The position numbers were made by a program, and so were the translations under genes. The notes beneath the pieces were generated by a model. The model was not told where the DNA came from. It saw nothing but the letters and a program-made list of their open reading frames with translations, and did not search any database. 64,000 nucleotides of DNA from Nageia nagi (taxonomy: Eukaryota > Plantae > Pinophyta). Each line of letters begins with the position of its first letter. The first letter of the stretch is position 1. The stretch covers positions 149,916,001 to 149,980,000 of the forward strand of contig JBITNC010000001.1 in the NCBI GenBank assembly GCA_050084985.1, given 5' to 3'. Positions 52,951 through 64,000 of the stretch are shown piece by piece.

Positions 52951-53395
52951 AACAACCATAGAGTAGAGGCTCCACCTTTTTCTACTCATTCTTTATCTTG
53001 TTGATGTTTTTCAATGTACATCTTTCAAGAGTCCTTAACATAGTCACTACCATAGCTGGATGCCTAGTTTGGATTAATGCATCAGTATTTTTGCATACAC
53101 TCTTACGTTTTGTGAGTATTGTTGCATAAAAATGTTTTTAGGTATTTTGGTACTTAATGTGGATTTTCAAAAGTAGATTAAACCTTAATAGAATATTAGA
53201 GTTTTTGGATGCAACATTGATACATGAGAAGGAAACTTCAACATTTCATGGAGGGTCTTCACTATGAGGGATATTTATTGATGTTGCATTCCACTTTAAT
53301 AGATTGTGGTTGACAAAGTGAAAGTATTCTTGAAACATAATATATTGTAGCACTCTACAATTGCTTAAGGGCAAGAAATTCAAGAGGGGAATATT

Positions 53396-54566
53396 TATGA
53401 CATATCCCTTTTCTCATTGTAATTAATTATGGAATCTCATGGATTCCTCTTTGTAAATATTTATTTATTTAATTATGCTTTAATTAATAGTACTTAGGAT
53501 AGAAAATATAAAGGTCTGTTGGATCCCACTATGAGCCCCAAGAGGTACGTATTCCTCCCAAGCATAGGTTAGTTTTATTTAATATTATTTTATATACATG
53601 AAGATCTTGAGAAGTGATTGTGGGAACCCTAAGGCTTGTTAAGCACTTAGATGTTACTTAAGCATGAATATACACATATTTGCTTCAAATTTTGATTTGG
53701 GAGCACTTTTCACATGCACTAACCTTGGGGAGACTCATAGACCCCCACATTGGCCCATGATGATGTTTAGATAACCACACATGCCTTCTAGACCCATGCA
53801 TTCCCCCTATATCCATGTTGAGCATGAGGACCCATGTTGAGCATGGGAAGGCTCTAAATACCCACATTGGGCTTAGAATGATCCCTAGGTACATTCATTG
53901 AGCTTTATGAGGCTTATAGAAAGCCAATGTTGGAACAAGAAGGTTGGGTGATGACTATGAGGTGAGATCCAAATCTAGTGTGAGTTATATTAGGCCTTGG
54001 AGTATCATTGTTGGACATACTTGATTATTATTATTACTCATATCATCTAATGGAAATAATACTTGGCACAACATCAACCAATATCCCTAGGTGTAGCATC
54101 TAGGATGGTTAGCATGCTGAGAAATCCTATTAATCTATGGCTAAGGTGTAGCATCTTAGTACATCTGATGGTGTTTCAAGATCACACTTATATAGCAGAG
54201 CATTCAAGCTTGAAGGAGTGTAGTTATCCCATCCATTATTTTGTTATACTAGAATTGATCATATTTTTATAGGTGTTGTACCCTACTTGGCTCCTAGGAG
54301 GCCAACATTGAGCCCTATGGACCTAGTATTGTATCATTTATCACTATACATCATTGATATAGTAATTGGGAATTTGGATCTAAATATTATCTTATGTATT
54401 CTTCCATATTACAATGTTGAGATGTGATTTGCATTTATGCTTGTGTGAGCCAGATGTTGGTATTATTATGTTGTTTAAGCTTTAATTAGATGACCTATGA
54501 TAGATGTAGGTGTTTACTTATTTGATTTTGCTCATTTGTAATTAAGGTTATTTTTGGGATCTTAAA
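53396..54566 (+). repeat. LTR 2 of element E (shared: PPT before, PBS after)
   Basis: Homologous to LTR 1; flanked by both priming sites. Confidence 0.88.
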
Positions 54567-55889
54567 GTTATATCAAAGCTTGGATCTGGCCAACTTATGA
54601 ATGAAATGTACAGTTCATAACTACTCTACTAGATCAAACACTAGGATAGAGATGACCTCAATAAGGAAGCATAAAAAGATGAAACATGATGAAACCCCAA
54701 ATAGATCTACTCAAGATGAGGATCTTTCTTCCTAGATAAATTACGTTTAGGATAAAGATATTTTTTGTGAGGAAAATGAGGTAGAGAGATGTAGATCCAC
54801 ATTGGATAGAATAAGAAGCTCTACTTTAATTAGAGAATCTATACCATAGAGTAAGTTTAATGAGCTCATATCAGTTATACATAATATGAAAGGTGTGATG
54901 ACCATTACACAGAAGAAGATGAACACCATCAATAAGTTTGTTGGAGGTTAATAAGTGTTAGAAAGGAAAGAGAGTCCCCCACATACTATTATAAATGAAG
55001 AAGAAGAGCCAAGGAAGGAGGATAGAATGGAGAGGGATCCAAGTTTGAGGAGATATAGCATCCTAAAGGATATAATATCCACTCATCATGGATTAATGGG
55101 TATCCAATAAGATGATTTTTTAGGTCCCATCCTCACAAGGATCTATAAGGAACTAACCCTCTCCTAGGGAGGTTCCTAGAAGAGGATGTTCAAAAGATAG
55201 GGGAGTAGCCCATTATTCCCAAATCATCCAAGCCCATGTTTTCCAATAATTCTATTGATGAAGAAAAAAATTAGATCCCTAATCCTCTTAAGTTGAACCA
55301 TATCTTTAGGGAATACTCCATGTTAGACCTAGGTCTAAGAAGGGACATAAATTTAAATGGATATCTACATATCTTGGAGTTAAATGGAGGGTTTGCATGA
55401 CACATACTCCTAAAGTAATTCATGGGGTGATAAGAGATATTTGCAACAAAAGAATAAAAAAATACATATGCCCTTGTATGATGACAAGAAGATGATAGTT
55501 AAGGCTTGGTTCTATTAGCTATAGACCTACTTTACTCTAAGTTTGAACATGCTAGAGGAGGATATAATTAATTTTGCATCATTTCATTTTGGGGATGATA
55601 CACTTGGATGGTGGTAGCATATAGTGATCATCTAGGATGACTCCCATGTTGCCTCTTTCAATGACTCCCACTTCATTAATACAATCATTGGGTATTTGGA
55701 TCTCAATATTAGCTTGTGTATTCTTCCATATTGCAATGTTGAGGTTTGATTGTATATTTATGCTTACGTGAGCCAAACATTAGCATTATTATGTTATTTA
55801 TGCTTGAATTGGATGCCCTACACTAGAAATGGGTGTTTAGTTATTTGATTTTATTCATTTTCACTTAAGGTTATTTTTTGGATCTTAAA
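54567..55889 (+). mobile_element. Element E unit 2: gag 5' part joined by deletion to the last ~220 bp of LTR 3
   Basis: 54567-55665 repeats 50300-51360; 55671-55889 repeats the LTR 3' end. Confidence 0.85.
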
Positions 55890-58091
55890 GTCATATCAAA
55901 GCTTGGATCTACTGCAATTACTACACCAAATTAAGCACTAGGAGAGATATGGCTTCAATAAAGAAGAATAGAAAGATGCAACATGATGAAACCCCAACTA
56001 GAGCCATTCAAGGTGAGGATCGATAGCCTTAGATGGATGAAATTTAGGATAGGGATATTTTTGGTGAGGAGAATGAGGTAGATCCAAATTAGTTAGAAGA
56101 AGAATCTCTATCCTGATTAGAGAATCTTTGCCATAGAGGAAGTTTAATGATCTCATCTCAGCCATACATAATATAATAGGTGTGATGACCACTATGCAAA
56201 AGTAGATGAATTCCATCAATAAGTTTGTTGGTCAAGAAGTGCAAAAAAAGTAGTGAGCCCCCCATGTCCTATTCTAGATGAAGAAGAAGAACCAATGGAG
56301 GAGGATATAATGGAGAGGGAGCCAAATTTGAGGAGATCCAAAAATGTGAGGGATAGAGGGTTTACTCATCATGGATCCATGGGTAACTAAGAACATGTAT
56401 TTTTGAGGTCCCATTCTTATAAAGTTTTGTAGGGAACTAACCCTCTCATAGAGAGGTTCCTAGAAGAGGATGTTGGGAAGATAGGGGATCAAACCATTAT
56501 TTCCAAACTATCCAATCCCATGTTCACCAAGAAGTCCACTGATGAAGAAAAAATGGATCCTTAATCCTCTTGAGTTGAACCAAGTCTTTAGGGACTACTC
56601 CAAGTTAGACCTAAGATTGAGGAGGGATATGAATTTCAATGGCTCCATGGATATATTAAGGTTAAAGGGAGGTAGATCACATGGCACACACTCCCAAAGT
56701 AATTCATGGGGTGATAATATATATTTATAGTAAAATATCAATAAAATGTAGGTGCCCTTGTATGATGGTAAGAAGATGATGGTTAGGGTTTGGTTCCATC
56801 AGTTATATACCTACTTTACTCTAATTCTAAACATGCTATAGGAGGATATAATTCATTTTGTATCATTTCATTTTGAGTATGATACCCTTGAATGGTGGTA
56901 GTATGGAGTGATTAGCCAGGATCACTCCCACATTACCTCTTTTGATGATTTTGCTCAAAGATTGATGAAGAGGTTTGATAAAAAGGGAGAGAATGACTAC
57001 TTTAGAGAGTTAATATATCTAAAGTAGTAGGGTGTAGTGGATTAGTATGTATCATATTTCCAAAACATTTTAGTTATGATCCAAAATATTCTTGAGAAGA
57101 TATTGACCTTCCATTCATAGAAGGGTTGATGGAACCTTTGTAGGGAATGGTTAATGTTTCAACACCTTGAAACCTTAATGATGGAATTAGGGTTGCTTAT
57201 GACTTGGATCCCACCATGTTGTCTCTCAAGGGAGGGTATATGTATAAATGGAAAACCACTTGAAGGAAATTTATGGATAAATAGGATCATAGAAGGTCCA
57301 AACCCTTTCCTCCTCCTCTAACAAACCAGTTGGATGCAACCATTAGAAGGAAATTGAGAGAAGAGGGAAATTACTTCTACTACAAGGAGACATGGTAGAC
57401 AAGATATTGTTGCTAAGGAAAAGGGTAAATTCACTACATTTAGGTGTTTTTGGATGAATATGAGGATTATTTAAATATATATATTGATACATACATGTTG
57501 GACCAAGAGGTACACAAAGTAGAAGCTTCACTAGAGAGCATGATTATTTCACTTCATGGAGTGAAAAGGTACCTCAAGTTGAAGGTAGCAAGGTAAGCTA
57601 GTGGCCAATATGTGATGTTCTTAATCAACCTAAGAGCATATAATAATTTTATTAATGAGGTATTTGAAAAGAATAAGGGCCTGAATATCAAAGGATTTGA
57701 AGGATTTGGAGTTTCCAATACTATTGGGAAACTCATTTTGTTAGACCAAATCATTGAAATATTTGGGGTGAGACTATAGAGCTACACAATGAGAGAAGAC
57801 ATCTATATATATACTCTAAAGGGACATCCTTACATCATCTCAGGTGTGTAGTGGCTATTCAAGTTATGTGATATTCACACCTACTATAAGAATCTCACCA
57901 TGAGTTTTGATATTGATGGTAAGATCCACATCTTGCAGAGAAATTAGGATGATTTCCCACAAGTTACATAAAATATTGGAGGTGATTGAGCAACATATTG
58001 AAGGAAAATAAGAAGAATATGAGCCCATGTTGGACATAAAGATGCTTTTGTACTAGATGAGGAGAAATAATTAGCTCCTAAATCCCACATT
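55890..58091 (+). mobile_element. Element E unit 3: gag, protease and start of the 30-bp array, cut off by another insertion
   Basis: Collinear with 50300-52510; homology stops at ..AATCCCACATT. Confidence 0.85.
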
Positions 58092-59350
58092 TGTAATGAC
58101 CCAATCGAACACTCTTGTTGAGACCCTGATGATCTTGGGGAAATTGAAATTAAGTTTGAAATAATTTGTGTTATAAAATAAAATATGAATGTATATATGT
58201 ATCATTTGTGTCATTTTAATGATGGTTTCAAAGTTATTATGGTAAAGGTAATAGGTTGACCAATGTGGTGGTCAGGATAGAAACCCTAGAGAACCAAAGA
58301 CGAGTTGGTTATGAGAATAGATTAGTAAGAGTGAGGAAATGATTGGCATTAAATTGTTGGCAACAATAAGAATCTCCATAGATCATATAGTTGCATGGAA
58401 AAATTATTATACATGATATTCATTCTTTTTATGATTTTGAGTATGCATGTCCACTAATAAATTTACCTTGCAAGATGAGTGGTTGCTGCAAGTAAATATG
58501 AGATTTAAAACTATATAGTATGCATTTTAAAAATGGCTTGATTATTTTCAAATGGTGGAAGGAATATTCTAATTGTTTGAATTTGATTTTTTCACCAAGA
58601 AAATTTAGTAGATTTGGGTGACAATAAAAATTTATGGTTAAAAGGATTATTTTTCATATATTTGGTGGTTGCAAGGTTATTTTGGAATTTTGTGAAAATA
58701 ATTGAGAAAATCACCCCACATAATTTATTTCCTTTTGTTAAGTGTGAAATGATTTATAAATATTTTATTTCTTTAGTGAAAGTTGTAAAATTAGTTTTGG
58801 AGGACATAAGGACTTAAAAACAAATTGTTTAAATCCTTTCATAAAAAATAAAAATCCCTACACCTTACGTATAAAGTAGATGAGTTGGAAAAATAGTATT
58901 TATTTTGGATGGATTATACTACCCTTAGATTATAAATAAATGGAGAACTCTTAGGAAATGAAGAGGAGGATGATATATCCTTCAATTTTGGCTTTAGGTC
59001 CCATGAAGCAATAAGATAATCTCTTCTCCATTGCTCAATATTATATTCTAGGTGCCATTCCTCAATTTTAGATCCTAGTGTAGAAATTTCTTATTATTTC
59101 TCACTAATGATTGATCCTTAGTTATTTTATAATACTTATAAGATATTGAGTAATTCATGTGAAGGAATTAAGTCATGTGAAGATAGTTATTACTATTATG
59201 TTTTTATATCACTGACCTTACATTACCTTAATTATAAAATGCATATAATATTGAATGGTTTAATGTGAATGGAAAGGTACTATGTGAACTCCTTGTGTGT
59301 GTTTTTATAGTTTTCTATTTAAAGTGATTATCATGGGTTTGATTGAAGCT
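58092..59350. mobile_element. Probable LTR of a further retrotransposon inserted into the array of E unit 3 (right boundary unknown)
   Basis: Homology to E ends abruptly at TGTAATGACCC, an LTR-like start. No partner LTR in the window. Confidence 0.45.
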
Positions 59351-59379
59351 TGACATAAATTATATAGTACATCTCTTTT

Positions 59380-60900
59380 ATCATCATGTCCCCTCTCTTC
59401 TAAGTTTTGTTGGAGCCATAATAGCCCTAGTTGAAGAAATGGACTTCCTAAAAGAATTACTCTAGAATACCTTCATATTTTTGTTAGTCTTCATCCCTTA
59501 GAAATACTATAGATGATATTAGTGGTTATACTTATTTATGGGTATCATAATCCCTCTAATATTACATGAACTCCCACTTGAATAAAGAATCCACTCTGAT
59601 CACCCCTTATTGAATGTATAGTAGAGTTATGTTGCAAATTCTAGAAGTGAAAAAGACACTTCAATAGGCTTGAGAATGAATATATTATTCTATGAAGAAA
59701 TTGTCCTTCTATTGAGAAGGAGTAGCACACTTGTATTTTGATCATTTTTCATACAATTCCCAAGTCTTTCCAATATTCCCTTTTTTCATATCATACAATT
59801 GACTCCTCAAGAAATAGTAGATAGGGTTGCTTACTGACTTCAATCCTACCTAATTTGCTTTATTGGACTGAATCTTGCTATAAAAATAGAAGGATAATGA
59901 TCTTGATGATTTAATTTTTTATTAGGAAATGAGTTTATTAGAATAATGAAGCACTTTATCATAATGAGTGAAGGTAGTGTCAAATATTTCACTTTTAACT
60001 AATTGATTAGAGAAGGTATCGAATGCAAGACCTATCAATGGCAATAGAAGACTTATGAACAAATAATATTAGATAATTATAGAGAATCAAGTCAACAATA
60101 GTGGTGATACAAAGGAGGGCATTGTACACTAATGTATCCATTTTTGTCTAATTATAGTGGTCATTACATTGTATGAGACTATAATTTGTAAGGGAATTTC
60201 ATAAAATGATTCACTACCCCATACCTAATGTATCTATCTTAACTTCATCTCAATGTGGTATTTTTTCAAACAATTCATAGGTCCTTTTATCATATCCATT
60301 TTGGGCACTTTTTGCACTCATTACTTTCCTTAAAATGTCATTTTGATGAGGTAGTTTATCAAATAAATTGCACCCTCTTTTTCAACTCATTTGGCTTGTG
60401 CATAACACATCCATTACTACACCCTTGAGACTACATTAAATAAGGTATTTTATCAAATGATTCATGAGTCATTTTAATGAATCTATTTTAGTTCATATCC
60501 TATGTTCATTGCATTACATGAGCCTAAAATGCATCAAGGTACTTTATCAAACAACTCACTTGTCCTTTCAAAGCATCTATTATGATGTGCAATACATCCT
60601 TGAGACTTCATTTGATGAAGCATTTTGTCAATCAATTCATTGGCCCTCCCAATGTGGATATCTTGTTCATATCCTATGATCACTACTATGCATAAGACTA
60701 CTTTTTGATTAAGCATTTTATCAAATAATTTTTAGATCTTATCAACCTTCTGGTTTTTGTTATATCAAGTGACTACACTATAATAAGGTGCTCTTATTTA
60801 GCCCCTAAGCCAAGCCATATCTAATGTGATAATCCTTTCTTTGAATAGCAATAACCAATCTTGAAGAATGAGACTAATGTGAGGCACTAATTTTCAACAA
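59380..60900 (-). pseudogene. Heavily decayed Ty3/Gypsy pol fragment (RT-RH-start of INT)
   Basis: Weak motifs: CIVVIIGYEQDIHIGRANELIDK (cf. CxDYRxLNK..PRIDELID) and DHYPSIF..Q..RI (cf. TDHxxL..Q.RW). Confidence 0.5.
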
Positions 60901-63900
60901 TTTCAAATATTTGGAGATGTGAGAGGGAAGCATTATTAGAATCAAGATTACATTAAATCATTAAATGAATAATTGAATAAGTACATAGGTAGTCCTCAAA
61001 TGACCATGCAAAAAGGTTCTATTCAAATTATTAATGTAAGATAAGCCTTAGAGACATTAGGAGTAGCTAATTCAACTTTAAAATAAGGGTATTCATTCCT
61101 TAAGAAGTGAACCTTAGAGTCCCACACTACTAGCTACAAGAGATAATACTAAAATATTTATTCTCCCATCTCTTCATAACTATCTAACTATTATAAAGGT
61201 GTGTATTATATTTAATATTACCATATAGTTTTTGAAATGAATAACATTTATACCATAATACAATGGAATGTATTATTAAGAATTTATTTTTAAATATATG
61301 AAAATAGTAAAATGATAGAATGATGTATCATTTCATATACCTTTATGATTAAAATTTAGAGATAGGTATTAAAATAGAGGAACTTGATATATTGATCTCT
61401 TTTTTACATTGATGAGATGTGATAACATTAGAATGTGAGTAATTGTATAAAAGATTTATACATTTTTCTACTTCTTATTGTGATAAATATTATTTGCTCC
61501 ATGATCTAGGAAGATAGGTAGTCTTTAAATAAGACCCAAATCCTATCGAGATCTAAAATGGAGTATTGATTAGGAGTAATATTGTTTGAAAATATGGATT
61601 GATTTAAGGAAGATGAATGATGATAATCTTATCTTGTGATGATTGCTAGACTCCCCCATCAAGGAAGATAAGTAGTCTTAAATAAGACCTAAATCTTGTT
61701 GAGATAGGAGATGAATTACTATTGTTTTTGAAATAAGATTGTTTAAAAGAATAATTTAGAGTGGAATATGATGCACCTAGGAGTAGGATGAATATCATTG
61801 AAAAAGGAGTTTTCTTGATCCTCATAAACTCTAACTAAATCCTAGTACTCAATTGTAACACCATATTGTCTTAGCTCTCTTGGTCAGAAGAATGATTCAA
61901 GACAATAGTAGATGGATGGAAACTCATCAAAAGACAATGATGGTGATGAATAATCCCTTAAAAGTGAATAATGCTTATGTAAATAGGGTTATTGCATGTT
62001 GTACAATAATCGCAAACCCTAATGATGGAAGGAAAAATGACTTGTAGAAGACAAAGTATGATCAAAATTTATGATTAGAATCATAATATATGTAATGTAT
62101 TCATTGTCTAGTAAATTAATGGGATACCTTATCAATGGAAAAAGTAAGATTCTATGCATGAGATGATGCATTCTACTCCTTTACAAATAATGAAGTTTTG
62201 ATATGCCTTGTCTCCAAAACCTGATCAAATTTAAAAATGTCTATAGGAATATAACTTCTTGATGTATGAAATAAATTTAATTTATGGATTTATAGTATTG
62301 ATGTACTATGTTGATATTTTAAGCTTTAAAGTAAAATTAGATGGTCAAAAAAGGATCAAAGTAAAAAAGAAAACTAAAGTAATAATAGAAAAGAAGACCT
62401 TGTAAGATATACACCAATATACAAATAGTTCATTAATTAAAATCAAAAGTTTAGATCTATAATCCAATATGGGCTATTACTAGATTATGCACCTAAAATA
62501 AATAAGCTACAACCATGATGATTTGTTAGGGAATTAGTATAATATGGCTTAAATGTTTCAATTAAAAACAAATACATTTCCAAGAGATGGTCTCTATCGG
62601 ATAATAAATGATCAAGATATTTGATAATGTTAGCATATTACATGAAAATTAGAATAAATTTAGCTCCTACGTAATTAAAGTTTTAAAACATGGATATCCC
62701 TTATGTATGAAGGAAAACTAGTTGAATTAGGACCTAGGTTGAATGGGATTACCAAACAATGCATTTAGATAATCTATACAAGTATTGATTTTTTACAAAA
62801 TGTATAGGACCTTGATACTAGACAAAGAAACTAGACAAATTGAAATTATCTTTGGTGTACTAGAATAAAAGTAAGGATCACTTTAGTAAGTTACACTCTA
62901 CATTGCACTTCCTTTCTAGAAGTAGTAATTTTTCAAGCATCTCAAAACTTGTTATTATTCTCTAATTTTGGTGTTCTTTTAAAGTATTATTTTTTTCATG
63001 CATATGTGATAGTACTGTTGAATATTCTTTGATAGCTACATGAATAAGATTTTTTTAAACTTATTTAACATATTTGATGAATTTATTATTTTTGATTATC
63101 AGATATGATTACTAATGTGATAAGTGGTTTGTTTGAAAATTAAACCAGTTACTACTTGACTCAAGCATGAAAACTAGAAATCAAATGATTGATTTAGAAT
63201 CATTATTCCTAGGAATGTTAGTATGATTATAGTATTTAAATTTTATTAGACTAAACAAGAAACTCTGGGTATTATTCTAATACCCATGGCTCCCCAAGAT
63301 ATGGGCACAGGTATGCCAGACACCATGGTGAGTCTTATCAATAGATAAGGGTAGTTTAGTATCTCATATCCTTGATAGACTATCAAATGAGGGTAGAAGT
63401 CAATAAAAAAGTAGTTATCAAGAGAAGGTAACTTGTAGTCATACTTCTTATAGTTAAGAAAATAGGAGTATTATGATTGTTCCATAGGTGATGATGCTTA
63501 CCCATTTCATATAGAAGATTGCCTAGGACAATATATCTACACCTATGAATCGAAGGGTCATACATCAAGTGAAGATGTTTAACCTTATGGATGAGCATTC
63601 TCTTGGATAATATGGGACCCAATTAGGAAACCACAACACTATGATCATAATATTTTTTACACAGTTGGTGAATGGGAATGGTGGGGTCACCTATAAGGCA
63701 TCTTCCAATGGGATGAGCATTGAGAAGTGAACACCAAAAAGTTTTCAATCAGGGTTGGTTATTCTAGATTTCCATCAATCTTGCCATATGGGTGCTAACT
63801 AGCTAGAAGCATTAACATGCACATGTGAATCACCTTTTCCACTCCTAGAACATTTGAGTGTTAAATTTAAACAAAAAAATAGGTCTAAAATTTTAGGGTT

Positions 63901-64000
63901 TATGAAGTTGAAAATAGGGTTGGTGAGAAGCATTACTATTCATCAAGATGGTGTAATGATAAGTAATAGTAGGGTTCTTGAATGAGAAGAAGGTGGTGGG

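Larger units (their letters stand above)
49110..58091 (+). mobile_element. Element E: head-to-tail tandem (LTR-int-LTR-int'-LTR'-int) of a non-autonomous chromovirus-like gag-protease element
   Basis: LTRs 49110-50298, 53396-54566 and partial 55671-55889, each followed by a decayed iMet-type PBS (..TATCAAAGC) and the same gag start. PPT AAGAGGGGAA before 53396. Confidence 0.88.

Noticed and set aside
43470-63900. Scattered AAACCCTA/TAGGGTTT motifs as interstitial telomere
   Set aside because: Only isolated single copies (telo-box-like), never tandem.

Overview
AT-rich, CpG-depleted eukaryotic DNA made almost entirely of nested, decayed transposable elements. The element types suggest a large-genome plant, probably a gymnosperm (inference). 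I found no intact host gene, RNA gene or CRISPR array. Layout from left to right: (1) the 5' part of a minus-strand Copia-type element (1-2262); (2) an RTE-type RT fragment; (3) a minus-strand plant L1 LINE, followed directly by an unexpected third large ORF; (4) an intron-rich CACTA TnpD gene (minus strand, ~10.5-49.1 kb) broken by at least four insertions. Those insertions are an LTR-less integrase fragment; a 24.5-kb Tat-like Ty3/Gypsy element (A); a pol-less gag element with an antisense PMD gene (D); and a head-to-tail trimer of a gag-protease element whose RT/RH/INT region is replaced by a 30-bp repeat array (E). Element A itself contains a near-perfect 2 x 1680-bp palindrome, a young gag-only Copia element (B) and a second Tat element (C). 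The most notable points are the young palindrome inside an old element, and accessory ORFs or repeat tails on five unrelated retroelements. Domain calls come from my own translation and motif recognition, not database searches. Internal domain boundaries are approximate.
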